DNA from: the human T2T-CHM13v2.0 reference genome, Homo sapiens
DNA length: 64,000 nt
Direction of reading: 5' to 3'
Assembly (NCBI GenBank): GCA_009914755.4
Contig: CP068257.2
Location: forward strand, 19,680,001-19,744,000
Part shown: positions 29,428 to 43,051 of the stretch, in pieces
How positions within the stretch are numbered: the first letter of the stretch is position 1
Layout: every line of letters starts with the position of its first letter
Notes under the pieces: generated by a model
What the model saw: only the letters and a program-made list of their open reading frames with translations
Told to the model about the DNA's origin: nothing
Database searches by the model: none
Position numbers and translations under genes: made by a program

Positions 29428-32400
29428 TTCATGAGAACCGAAAATCAGGTGAACAGTTGTAGTACTTGGTTTTAACTTCATATTGCTGAAAGAGTCACTG
29501 AAGTGATAGAAAAAAATAGTCCTGAATAAACAACACCAACAAACCTCCACCACCCTCAGCAGCCTTGACATGGTGTCGAGAGCTTCTCTGGGAGCTGGAG
29601 GAGAGAGAACATAGCAATTTTGAGGCAGTGAACTCAGTCCTGACCTGTTAGAGCAGAAAGGAAAACAAGACCTAATTCAACTGACACCCACCCACAGAGG
29701 GACAATTTAAACCAGCCCTAGCCAGAAAGGAATCACCGATTCCAGCGGTACAAACTTGAGTGCCTGCAAACCTCACCAGTGAGGACCAAAGTGCTCTGTG
29801 TCTCCCAGTAAACTTGAAAAAACTTATGAAACTCTAGGCCATAAGGACTGCAACTCTTAGGAGAGTCCTAGCGCTGAACTGGGCCAAGAGACAGTGGACT
29901 GGTGTCAGGTGGGGAGGAATGTGACATACAGATACACCAGCTGGGGTGGCCAAAGGAGTGCTGTCATCTTCCCTCCCCTAACCCCAGCCTGCACAGCTTG
30001 TGGCTCCAAAAGAGACCTCTTTATTCTGATTGACGAGAGGAAAGGAAAGAGTAAGGAGGACTTGGATACTAGCTCAGCCACAGCAAGATAGGGCAACTGT
30101 TAGAGTTGTGAGGACTTTGTTCCATGTCTTATCTCCCAAACGGTGTTTCTATAATAGACAAACTCTGGGCCAGATGAGAACACACTGGCTTTCATGAAAG
30201 GACCCAGTCCTGGCAGCATTCATCAATGGCTAACTAAAGAGCCCTTGGGCCCTGAATAATCCACAGTGATACCCAGGTACTACGTCAAGGGCTTTGATAA
30301 GCCTCTGATACTTTGCTGGGTCCAAATAATAGCACAGCCATGGGGGTAAAGCATGAAGTGGGGTCGTAGGGTCTGCCAATCCAGGACCTTACTCTTGCAT
30401 GCCATTTCTGGACCTGCTGTGGGTCACTGTCCTGAAATGTGATTGCAGGCCAGGCAGCATTCACCACAAGCTAACTTAAGAGCACCTCAGCCTCAGGGGA
30501 ACATTGTTGTAGTCTAGCAGTACTCCTTGTGGTCTGGGGTGGTGGTGGCTACAGGGTGAGGCTCCTCTGCCTTTGGAAATGGGAGGGAAGAGGGGGAAGA
30601 ACTGAATCTTGTGGTCTGAGTGCCAGATCAGCCACAGTACCATAGAACACCAGGTAGACTTCTAAGGTTTTAGACCTCTAGTCTCTGACTCCTAGACAGC
30701 ACCTCTGGACCCACCTGGGGCAAGGGGGACCTTGCTTCCCTGAAGGGAAGGATGCAGGCCTGACTGGCTTTGCCTCCTGCTGATTGTAGAGCCCTAAAGC
30801 CTTGAGCGAGCATAGGCAGTAGCCAGGGAGAGGTTACAACAGGCCTTAGGTGAGACTCTGTGCTGTGGTGGCTTGAGGTCTAAAACAGCACAGCCATACT
30901 GCTGATGGCCACAGGAGTGCTTGTGTCACTCTTCTCCCAGCTTTATGCGGTCAGAAAATAGAGTGAGACTGTGTTTGGGAGAAAGTAAGGGAAGAGAACA
31001 AGAGTCTCTGCCTGGTAATACAGATAATTTTCCCCGAACTTGTCCAAGACTATCAAGGCATTACCTCTATGAGTCTGCAAGAACCTCAACATTACTGGGC
31101 TTTGGGTCCCTCTAAAGCAAATACAACTTAGATCACAATACCCAAGGTTTTTCAAATATCTGGAAAGCCTTCCTAAGTAGGATGGATACAAATAAGCCCA
31201 AACAGTGAAGAATGCAATTAATACCTAACTCTTTAATACCCAGACACTGAAGAACATCTAATAGCATTAACACCATCCGGGAAAGCATGACCTCACCAAA
31301 TGAACTAAATAAGACCCCAGAGACCAATCCTAGAGAAATAGAAATATGTGAACTTTCAGACAGAGAATTCAAAATAGTTGTGTTGAGGAAACTAAAAAAA
31401 ATCAAGATGACACAGAGTTGGAATTCATAATTCTATCAGATCAATCTAACAGAGATTGAAATAATTACAACGAATCAAGTAGAAATTCTGGAGCTGAAAA
31501 ATGCAGCAGGCATATTGAAGAATGCATTAGAGTCCTTTAATAGCAGAATTGTTCAAGCAGAAGAAATAGTCAGCTTGAAGACAAGCTACTTGAAAATACA
31601 CAGAGGAGAAAAAAAGAATAAAAAAAATGAAGCATGCCTACAGGATCTAGAAAATAGCCTCAAAATGAAAATCAAGAGTTATTGTCCTTAAAAAGGAGAT
31701 AGAGAAAGAGATAGGTGTAGAAAGTTTATGCAAAGGGATAATAGGAACTTCCTAAACCTAGAGAAAAATATCAATATCTAACCGCAGGAAAGTTATAGAA
31801 CACAAAAGATTTCCCTAAAGAAGGTACTACATCAAGGGCTTTGGTAAGCCTCTGAGACTTGCTGCGTCCAAATAATAGCACAGGCATTTAATACCTCAAG
31901 GCATTTAATACTGAAACTCCCAATGGTCAAGGATAAAAAAGCAAAAAACTAAATCATATCACCAGAGAAAATCACCCTCACTGAAGGAAGACAGGAAGGA
32001 TAGAAAGAAGGAAGAGAAGACCACAGAACAACCAGAAAACAACAAAATGGTAGTAGTAAGTCCTAACTTATGAATAATAACATTGAATATAAATGGACTA
32101 AACTCTCCAATCAAAAGACATAGACTGGCTGAATGGATAACAAAAATAAGACCCATTGATCTGTTGCCTACAAGAAACATACTTCATCTATAAAGACTCA
32201 CATAGACTGAAAACAATATTCCATGCCAACTGAAACCAAAAAAAAAAAAAAAACAGGAGTCACTATACTTATGTCAAACAAAATAGATTTCAAAACAAAA
32301 ACTATAAGAAAAGACAAAGAAGGTTAATATATAATGACAAATGTGTAAATTCAGCAGGAGGATATAATAATTTAAATATATATGCACCCAACATGGGAGA

Positions 32401-35400
32401 ACCCAGATACATAATGGAAATATTATTAGAGCTGAAGAGAGAGGTCCCATCACAATAATAGCTGGAGACTTCAACACCCAACTTTCAGCATTGGACAAAT
32501 GTTTCAGACAGAAAATCAACAAAGAAACTTCAGATGTAATCTGCACTATAGATCTAATGGATCTGGTAGATGTTTATAGAACATTTCATCCAATGGCTGC
32601 AGAATACACATTCTTTTCCTCAGCACATGGATCATTTTCAAGGATATATTATATACTATGTTACAAAGCAAATGTTAAAATATTTAAAAAATTAATATCA
32701 AGCATCCTCTCTGACCACAATGCAACAAAACTAGAAATTAATAATGAGGACTTTTTGAAAGTATAAAAATACATGGAAATTAAAGAATATGCTCCTGAAT
32801 GACCAGTGTGTCAATGAAGAAATTCAGAAGGAAATTTAAAAACTTCTTGAAACAAATGATAATGGAAGCACAAAATACAAAAACCTATGGGATATAGCAA
32901 AAGCAGTAGTAAGAGGGAAGTTTATAGCTATAGGAGCCTCCATCAAAAAAAGAGGAAAAACTTCAAATATGCAATCTAATGATAAATCATAAAGAATGGA
33001 AAAGCAAGAGCAAACCAAACACAAAATTAGTAGAAGAAAATAAATAATGGAGAACAGAGCAGAAATAAATGAAATTGAATTAAAAAATACAAAAGGCCAA
33101 TGAAACAATAAGTTGCTTTATTAAAAAGTTAAACAAAATTTACAAAGCTTTAGACAGACTAAGAAACAAAGAAGATACAAGTAAATACAGTTATAAATGA
33201 AAAAAGAGACATTACAACCAATACTGATGAGCAACTATATGCCAATAAATTGGAAAATCTAGAAGAAATAGACGAATTCCTATATACATACAACCTACAC
33301 ATAAACAAAATTTAATGACATTTTTCACAGAAATAGAAAAAACTTTCTAAAATTTATATAGAACCCCAAAAGACTCAGAATAGCCAAAGCTGTCCTAAGC
33401 AAAAAGAACAAAACTGGACAAATCACATTACCTGACTTCAAATTATACTACAGAGCTATAGTAACCAAAACAGCATGGTACAGGAAGAAATCCAAAACCT
33501 GAACAGACCAACAACAAGTAATGAGGTGAAAGCCATAATAAAAATCCTCCATAAAGAAAAGCTTGGAACCTGATGGCTTCACTGCTGTATTCTACCAAAC
33601 ATTTAAAGAAGAGCTAATCCCAGTCCTACTCAAACTAATTCAAAAAATAGAGGAGAAAAGAATATTTCCAAGCTCATTCTACAAGGCCAGTATTACTTTG
33701 ATACCTAAAACAAAGACACATAAAAAAAGTATCTGATGAATATTGATGCAAAAATCCTCAGCAAAATACTAGCAGCCAAATTCAACAACACATTAGACAA
33801 ATCATTCATCATGACAAAGTGGGATTTTTCCTTGGGTCAACATATAAAATCAATGTGATACATCATATCAACAAAGTGAAGCATAAAAACCATATGATCA
33901 TTTCATTTGATGCTGAAAGAGCATTTGATAAAATTTAACATCCGTTCATGATAAAAACACTCAAAAAACTGGGAATAGAAGGAATATATGTCAAAATAAT
34001 AGAAGCCATATACGACAGACCTACAGCTAGTGTCATACTGAATGTGGAAAAATTGAAAGTGTTTCCTCTAAGATCTGGAACACTACAAGGATGCCTACTG
34101 TCACCACTGTTATTCAACTTAATAATCAAAGTACCAACTAGAACAATAAGACAAGAGAAAGATCTAAGTGACATCCAAATTGGAAAGGAAGAAGTCAAAT
34201 TATCCTTGTTTTTAGATGACATGGTCATATATTTGGAAAAACCTAGAGACTTCACAAGAAAACTGTCAGAACTGATAAATTCAGTAAAGTTGCAAGATAC
34301 AAAATCAACATACAAAAATCAGTAGCATTTTTATATGTCAGCAGTGAAGAATGTGAAAAATAAAAAATATCCCATTTGCAATAGCTGCACATGAAATTAA
34401 ATACCTAGGAATTAACCAAAGAAGTGAAATGTATCTATAATGAAAACTTTGTAAACACTGATGAAAAAAATTTAAGAGGACATCAAGAAATGGAAAAATA
34501 TTGTATGTTCATGGATTGGAAGAATCAATATTTTTAAAATGTCCATATTACCCAAAGCAATCTACAGATTCAGTGCAATCCCTATCAAAATTTAATGACA
34601 TTTTTCACAGAAATAGAAAAAACTTTCTAAAATTTATATGGAACCACAAAAGACTCATAATAGCCAAAGCAAAAAGAATAAAACTGGACAAATCACATTA
34701 CCTGACTTCAAATGATACTATAGAGCTATATTAACCAAAACATCATGATACTGGTGTACACACAGATACATAGACCCATGGAACAGAATAGAGAACCCAA
34801 AAACAAATCCACACAACTACAGTGAACCCATTTTCAACAAAAGTGCCAAGAATATACAATAGGGAAAAGACAGTCTGTTCAATAAATGGCGCTGGGGAAA
34901 CTGGATATCCATATGCAGAAGAACAAAACTTGACCCCTGTCTCTCACCAAACACAAAAATCCAATCAAAATGGATTAAACACTTAAATCTAAGACCTCAA
35001 CTTATGAATCTACTACAAGAAATCATTGGGGAAAATCTCCAGGACATTCACCTGGGCATAATTTTTTGAGCAATACCCCACAAGCACAGGCAACCAAAGC
35101 AAACGTAGACAAGTGGGATCACATCAAATTAAAAGCCTTCTGCACATCAAAGGTTACAATCAACAAAGTGATGAGATAACCAACAGAATGGGAGAAAATA
35201 TTTGTAAACTACCTGACAAGGGATTAACCAGAATATATATGGAGCTCAAATAATTCTATAGAAAAAATATAATTATCTAATCAAAAAATGGGCAAAAGAT
35301 TTGAATACACATTTACCAAAAGAAGATACACAAATGGCAAACAGATATATGAAAAGGTGCTCAATGTCATGGATCATCAGATAAATGCAAATGAAAACTA

Positions 35401-36263
35401 CAATGAGATATCTTCTCACTCTGATTAAAATGGCTTATATCCAGAAACTATGCAATAAGAAATGCTGACAAGGACGTATAGAAAAGGGAACCTTTGTACA
35501 CTCTGAGTGGGGAGGTAAAATAGTAAAATAGCAATGGAGAACAGTTTGGAGGTTCATCTAAAAAGCTAAAAGTCTAGCTACTCTATGATTCAACAATCCC
35601 ACTCCTGGGCATATACCCAAAAGAAAGGAAATCAGTACAACAAAGAGATCTCTGCACTCCTATGTTTGTTGCAGCACTGTTACAATAACTAAGATTTGGA
35701 AGCAACCTAAGTGTCCATCAACAGATGAAATGGATAAAGAAAATATACACAGTTGGGTACTATTCAGCCCTAAAAAAAATGAGATCCAGTCATTTGCAAC
35801 AGCATGGATGGAAGTGGAGATCATTGTGTTAAGTGAAATAAGCCAGCATAGAAAGATAAACATCACATGTTCTCACTTATTTGTGGGATCTAAAAATCAA
35901 AACAATTGAACTCAAGGACATAGATAATAGAAGAATGGTAACCAGATGATGGGAAGTATAGTGAGGTGGGGCGTGGTAAGGATGGTTAATTGGTAAAAGA
36001 AATAGAAAGAATGAATAAGACCTACTATTTGATAGTCCAACAGGGTGAGTATAGTTAATACCAACTTAATTGTACATTTTAAAATAACTTAAAAAGTGTA
36101 ATTGGATTGTGACTCAAAGGATAAATGCTTGAGGGAATGAATACCCCATTTTCTTGAAGTGCTTTTTTCACATTGCATGCCTGTATCAAAACATCTCATG
36201 TACCCCACAAATACATACACCTACTATGTACCCCAAAACTTAAAAATTTAAAAATTAAAAATT
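29297..36263 (+). mobile_element. Full-length old primate L1 (L1PB/L1PA-old class, about 6.97 kb), sense, flanked by a 13-14 bp TSD: AAAACAATCTAGA at 29284-29296 and AAAAAAAATCTAGA at 36264-36277. ORF1 and ORF2 are riddled with stops. It contains a (CA)19 tract at 29387-29424 and two internal segmental duplications.
   Basis: The 5' end gggaggggagcaaaatggcagaatagaaggctccacc is the L1 5' UTR start. ORF1-like sequence lies at about 31400-32050. The ORF2 endonuclease region is near 32100-32800 (ctggagacttcaacacccaactttcagcattggacaaatgtttcagacagaaaatcaacaaagaaac). The reverse-transcriptase region is at 33500-34330, with ORF-track peptide ...[50 protein letters not shown] carrying the F-x-DD motif. 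The 3' UTR end is gtaccccaaaacttaaaaatttaaaaattaaaaattaaaaaaaa. Confidence 0.9.
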
Positions 36264-36835
36264 AAAAAAAATCTAGAAACTTAACACTATTCTCACTGTA
36301 AAATAAATGATTAAGATAGTAAATAAATATTTTCAGAGTTCATCTTCAATGATAATGGGTTAAAGTTTTAATAACTGTAACTCACTAACTACGATGTGTT
36401 CCTAATTGTTTTTATTTTATTATTGGGCACAATTTTATACTACAATCCAGGACAGCTTCAAATAGTGATAGAATTATATTATTTCACATAAATGCTACTG
36501 GGAAAAAAATTATGCCTTTTATATGAAATTTCTCATATTCTACTGGTTTCTGATGCTAATAACCCTTCCTTGCTTTGAGGAAGATATTGAACTGTTGAAC
36601 TGTGCATATGAATACAGCACAAAATAGCTTTGCATAATGTGATATCCTTCAAAAACAACAGAATTCACACTGGTTAAAAACAGAGCTATTTTAAACTAGT
36701 GACTATTGTTATCTGTCATCCAAAGCATTTTATGTACATGTAAAATAATATATGCAATTTTTAAAACTGTTCAGATCAATTTCAGATATACATATAAGCG
36801 TATCTATTTTCCTTAGAAATGTTTTCTAATATCTA

Positions 36836-37175
36836 GGTCGGGTGCGGTGGCTCACGCCTGTAATCCTAGCACTTTGGGAGGCCGAGGCAGGTGGATCACG
36901 AGGTCAGGAGATGGAGACCATCATGGCTAACAGGGTGAAACCCCGTCTCTAGTAAAAATACAAAAAAAAAAAAAAAAAGGAGAGAAAAGAAAAAAAATTA
37001 GCCAGGCGTGGTGGCGGGTGCCTGTAGTCCCAGCTACTCCGGAGGCTGAAGCAGAATGGCGTGAACGCGGGAGGCGGAGGTTGCAGTGAGCTGAGATCCT
37101 GCCACTGCACTCCAGCCTGGGAGACAGAGAGAGCGAGACTCTGTCTCAAAAAAAAAAAAAAAAAAAAAAAAAAAG
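36836..37175 (+). mobile_element. Alu (AluS/Y-like), sense, with an expanded A-rich middle linker and an A33 tail. TSD is TTTTCTAATATC.
   Basis: aggtcgggtgcggtggctcacgcctgtaatcctagcactttgggaggccgaggcaggtggatcacgaggtcaggagatggagacc...cactgcactccagcctgggagacagagagagcgagactctgtctc A(33). The direct repeat ttttctaatatc lies at 36822-36833 and at about 37181-37192. Confidence 0.92.
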
Positions 37176-37774
37176 AAACTTTTCTAATATCCAATATAAT
37201 TTCAAGATAATTTTTCTCTATTTTATTGAGTTAGTTGTCACTAACTTTTAATTATTAGTTTATTTTAAATTTCTAGGCAATTTATTTTAGTGATAACTCA
37301 AATATTATTGGCGATATTTCCATTAAAATATAATTGATGTACAGTAGTAGGGCTATCCAAAAATAAATCAACAGCTTAAACTTTTCATAGAAATTTGGCA
37401 TTTTCTTAAGATGCACTTGTGTTTACAAATTGGAAACCCTGACCTCTTTATTTAATTAATGTTGTGTACTTAATTGTAATATTTAAATGTATATAATAAA
37501 GCTTAAGACAAACCAAAGCTCTTTCCACAGAATATGAAATAGCCATAAGTCAAAATTTTGAATTATCTTGTACATACTAAGCAATATATTGTTTTTATTA
37601 AAAACTTTTCTTTATTAAATTAAACCATGCTTTTTTTCAAAGCCTTGATCTGAGATATATGTGAGATTGTATGTTCAAAGTGTTTTAACATAATTTTGTC
37701 ACATAACAAACACCTACTAAATATTGCCACTTTATATAAACATCTCTCATCTATTTATTCATTTGTTTGTTTCT

Positions 37775-38061
37775 GTTTTGTTTTGTTTTGTTTTGTTAGA
37801 CAGAGTCTAGCTCTGTTGCCCAAGCCAGAGTGCAGTGGCACGATCTCGGCTCACTGGAACCTCTCCCTACCAGGTTCCAGTGATTCTCCCGCCTCAGCCT
37901 CTGGAGTTGCTAGGATTACAGGCACACGCCATCACGCCCGGCTAATTTTTTTATTATTATTACTAGAGACAGGGTTTCACCATATAGGCCAGGCTGGTCT
38001 TGAATACCTGACTTCAGGTGATCCTCCCACCTCAGCCTCCTCAAATGCTGGGATTGCAGGC
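37775..38061 (-). mobile_element. Alu, antisense, with a (TTTTG)n tail and a truncated far end
   Basis: ttttgttttgttttgttttgttagacagagtctagctctgttgcccaagccagagtgcagtggcacgatctcggctcactggaacc...cctcaaatgctgggattgcaggc. ORF 37696-38118 is a translation of this Alu. Confidence 0.88.
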
Positions 38062-38108
38062 TCTCATCTGTTTTTGAATCAAAGTTGTTTGGTTGTTATT
38101 GTTTCCTT

Positions 38109-38452
38109 GTTTTTTTGAGAAAGGGTCTTGCTTTGTCACACAGGCTGGAGTGCAGAGGTGCAATCACAGCTCATTCAAGCTTCAGCCCCCCAGTCTCAAG
38201 CATCCTCCCACCTCAGCCTCCTGAGTAGCAGGACTACAGGCACATGCCACCATGACTAGCTAAATTTTTGTAGGTTTCTATTTTACTTTATTTTATTTGG
38301 CTGTTGTTGTTGGTGGTGGTGGTGGTGGTGTTTTGTAAAGACAGGGTTTTGTCATGTTGTTCAGGATGGTCATGAACTCCTGGACTCAAGCAGTCCACCT
38401 GCCTCAGACTCCCAGAGGGCTGGGATTACAGACATGAGCCACCTTGCCTGGC
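38109..38452 (-). mobile_element. Alu, antisense, with a (TGG)n/(TTG)n expansion in the linker
   Basis: tttttttgagaaagggtcttgctttgtcacacaggctggagtgcagaggtgcaatcacagctcattcaagcttcagcc...ggctgttgttgttggtggtggtggtggtggtgttttgtaaagacagggttttgtcatgttgttcaggatgg...gggattacagacatgagccaccttgcctggc. Confidence 0.88.
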
Positions 38453-38735
38453 TCCAAATTTATTTAGATCGTCTCTTATTATCATTCTTCTTGATCAATA
38501 AATGTTAGTATACATAGAAATCACAGATATTGATGAATTATAATGGGAAGTCATGGAAAGTGTCACACAATTAAAGCTTAATTCTGACTTTCTTGCTTTT
38601 GGTGTGTCATTGACCATGTTAGTTCTCATCTCTGATTTCAGTTTCTGCATGTACAAATCAAGATATAAGACCTACCTGAAAAAGGGTTCTGAAGATGAAA
38701 TGAGATTACATGTAACAATATCTCAGACACAAGCC

Positions 38736-38802
38736 CAACAACTTGAAAGTGTTTTTCTAGTTATACATTTAGAAGAATGTATAACTAGAAAAACACTTTC
38801 AA

Positions 38803-38809
<7 letters not shown>
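38736..38809. repeat. Perfect inverted repeat (palindrome): 34-bp arms at 38736-38769 and 38776-38809 around a 6-nt spacer (tagaag)
   Basis: ccaacaacttgaaagtgtttttctagttatacatt|tagaag|aatgtataactagaaaaacactttcaagttgttgg-like. Checked base by base: 38736 c pairs with 38809 g, and so on. The first mismatch is 38735 c against 38810 c. Confidence 0.9.
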
Positions 38810-39203
<394 letters not shown>

Positions 39204-41184
39204 TGAATATGTTAACTCCGTTTCAATGACTGCTGTCACACAAGAGACTAGATAAAAATTTTTAAAGCATAGTCCTATGTACTTTATGATGGAATACCAT
39301 CTAAAAAATGACTGAGTCTTCTACCCTTAGTTGTCAGAGATTGTGCTTCCGTATAGCCACAAAGTTTACTCTAAAATAATCTCTAGCAATATTAATTCAG
39401 TGATTCATATATCAGGTTTTACCACACTAAATTCCAGATCTTGTGACTGTATATCTTATTCCTTTTGGAAGTTGACAATGTCGGAAGTCTGCATTTGGCT
39501 CTTGTCATAACCACCTTATGTTTGCCTTCAATCGCCATCCATACAGGCGAGTGCACATAAGGTCTCTCACGTCCTATGCTAGATGAAGATAGATTCTCAG
39601 GCCACTCTTAAGTGATGAAGGCTAGTCTCTACCTATGAGGCACAAAATCAGAATAGAAATATAGATTTCTTATATCATCATCTTTTTCTTCCCTTTCTCT
39701 CACATCTGTCTTGCCTAACTCCTTCAAATTTTTCCTCTGTGGGAAGTGAGTCAGTTTTTTCCTTCTTTGGGCCATTATACACCTTTCACATTTTATAGCA
39801 GTATATATTGATTTGGAAAAGATTCTTCAACATTCTAAGAAGTACCTAAATAGGGCATTAAGGTAGGAAAAAAAGAACATATTGTGCTCCACAAAACAAG
39901 TTATTGAAGAATGCTTTGTTCTTCATCTATTTTTCAAACTATGTTTTTATATCATATGATAAAACTGGGTGTTTTTAGAACATTTGTCTAAAAATGCTAT
40001 GTTACTTGTCAATTTTAGTATTAAATTGAAGTAAAAAGTTCTACCGAGGGAGTGATTTTGCCTCTAGAATTCTTACAAAATGATAAACATAACAGTAAGT
40101 AATTTTATGTATATGAATATAATGTTTTATATCATAAATATAAAGTGCTTATTATATCATCTAGCAGATGACATCTCCCTTGTATCATTTATCATCTCTT
40201 AAGAAACAGAATCTATAATTACTTTATTCCTGTTATACTTCTCCTACGTAGTATAGACCTACATCCACTAGAAATTAATCCCACTGTACATTGAATAAGT
40301 ATCTGAAATGTACAGCAATAAATTATAACTATCTTAAGGCAGCATTTCTCAACTTCAGTCATTTGATAACCAGCTTCATCTCTTTTCTGTATTCATGTGC
40401 TGCCTGAACTGTTACATGTCCTCTTTCTTCTTTAAATTGAATTGTTTTTATTTATTCTTATCTGTACCCAAATGATCAGTGAAATTAAAAGTATGATACA
40501 TATGCCAGTTATATTTTTAAATGCACATTAAAATTAATACAAAATATACAGTACAATTGTTTTTCAAAATATTACCTAACCTCAGCGTATCCACCCTCCC
40601 CCAGTGGTTCACAGATCACATTTTTAGAAATTCTGCTTTTGTGTCCAAACATATTTTGAATTAATGTGATACAAAATTTAGCTATGAAATATTGAGTGGG
40701 ACATGTTTAAAGATGTTGTAATTAGGATAGAACCTGTTTTCCATCCTCCTGTTTGTGGGTCCATGCACTTTTCTCCAGTAAATAATATGCTTCACTTCAC
40801 TAATGGGCACTGAGTTTATTCACAAATCATTGTAAAAGAAACTCATTTAATTCCAGTCCTTAGCACTAAATGATTCTTTTAGGATGAGACCAATAAACTG
40901 AATAAATAAAACAGCGGGATAAGCTTTAAAAGCAATTTCTTCCCTTTTTTCTGCTAAAGTGAAATAATAAAATGCTGGCCTTGGTCTTAGCCTAGATCAC
41001 CTGCATAATTTGTAGTCAAAATAGTAGTATTTTTTGTGATTTTGCATTTATTGAGAAAATGTGTCTTTCTGTGTTAAATAAAATAAACTGATTCAACTTT
41101 AATTTTTGTACTGTGAGTCCAGTTTTACCTTCTCTTCCTTCCAATAAATAGATGTATTAAAACTGAAATTTAAGATTATTTCGT

Positions 41185-41517
41185 GACCGGGCATGGTGGC
41201 TCAAGCCTGTAATTCCAGCACTTTGGGAGGCTTAGGCACATGGATCGCATGAGGCCAGGAGTTCAAGCCCAGCCTGGCCAACATGGCAAAAACCCATCTC
41301 TCCAAAAAATACAAAAAATTAGCCGAGCCTGGTGGTGTGCACCTGTAGTTCCAGCTACTCGGGACGGGGCCGGGAAAAGGGGGTTGCAGGGGGCTGAGGC
41401 AGGAGAATCACTTGAACCCAGGAAGCAGAGGTTGCAGGGAGCCGAGGTCCTGCCACTGCACTCCAGCCTGAGTGACAGTGACAGACTGAGACTATGTCTC
41501 AAAAAAAAAAAAAAAAA
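41185..41517 (+). mobile_element. Alu, sense, A17 tail
   Basis: gaccgggcatggtggctcaagcctgtaattccagcactttgggaggcttaggcacatggatcgcatgaggccaggagttcaagcc...cactgcactccagcctgagtgacagtgacagactgagactatgtctc A(17). Confidence 0.9.
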
Positions 41518-41941
<424 letters not shown>

Positions 41942-42744
41942 TTAATTTTAATTCAAAGTAGGGATAGTCACCTTTAACAATTAATTTCGCATCAACACAC
42001 ACAAATACACATAAATTGTAGTTTTACCAAAGTGGTCCTTGCTGTTTCCGTAGTGTAGAAATAGTATTTCCTCCACGAATTTAGACACAATGATCTGAAG
42101 AATACATACTTAAAATATTTTGCAGACTAAAGTACCAATTCAAAAGGAATTTCTCTCAGGAATAAAGATAGGCAGTTCCTTAAATACAACTACATGAATA
42201 AAATATGATGCTTTTAAACTTATAACAATTTAAATATCTCACCACGTAAATATTTCTTACAACACTGCTGCATTCATTATTATATTATTGTTTTATTCTC
42301 AGTTATATTATTCTTTATTATATACTTACAAATATTTTATTGCAATTTAATATTGTCATTTATGGTTCGCGGTTCCTACTGTGGATTTAAGCAAACTTTA
42401 TATTTTAAAAATTATTTATTTAAGCCAGGTTTATTGGAAGACAGAAAACAATGGAGTGAACTTTTCACAATACAAAATTCTTAGATTATTTTTATTTATA
42501 AAATGTGAAGATTACATTACATTTTTTGTTTCTTTTTTTATTCTTAAGAAAATGTAACTTCTGGAAAATAAATTTTATAAAATATAAGCAGTGACTTAAT
42601 CAGTCATAGTAATTTATGTAACTAACATTTCCTTTATTACTAACCCCAATTCACTTAACAACTATCAACAAATAATGAAGACTTTTATATTGGCATGTGC
42701 TAATCTAGACACAAGGAGTGTAGCGCTAAAAATATAAGTTTCTC

Positions 42745-43051
42745 CAGGCACAGTGGCTCACGCCTGTAATCCCAGCACTTTGGGAGGCCAAGGAGGCTGG
42801 ATCATCTGAGGTCGGGAGTTCGAGACAAACGTGGCCAACATGGAGAAATCCCATCTCTACTAAAAATACAAAATTAGCAGGGCGTGGTGGCACATGCCTG
42901 TAATCCCAGCTACTCCGAAGGCTGAGGCAGGAGAATCGCTTGAATCCCGGAGGCGGAGGTTGCAGGAGCCAAGATCGCGCCATTGCACTCCAGCCTGGGA
43001 AACAAGAGCGAAACTCCATCAATAAATAAATAAATAAATAAATAAATAAAT
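42745..43051 (+). mobile_element. Alu, sense, with an (AAAT)8 tail
   Basis: ggcacagtggctcacgcctgtaatcccagcactttgggaggccaaggaggctggatcatctgaggtcgggagttcgagac...attgcactccagcctgggaaacaagagcgaaactccatc(aataaataaataaataaataaataaata). Confidence 0.9.

Noticed and set aside
32491-34734. ORFs with endonuclease-like and reverse-transcriptase-like peptides (32491-32766, 33948-34325, 34501-34734)
   Set aside because: They are fragments of the ORF2 of the full-length L1 at 29297-36263. Many stops and frameshifts interrupt them, so they are not host genes or an intact transposase.
37696-38118. 140-aa ORF (…[28 protein letters not shown]…) and similar ORFs at 2285-2754, 17689-18039, 20050-20316 and 42726-43022
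   Set aside because: These are the characteristic pseudo-peptides obtained by translating Alu elements (the [17 protein letters not shown] motifs). They are not genes.
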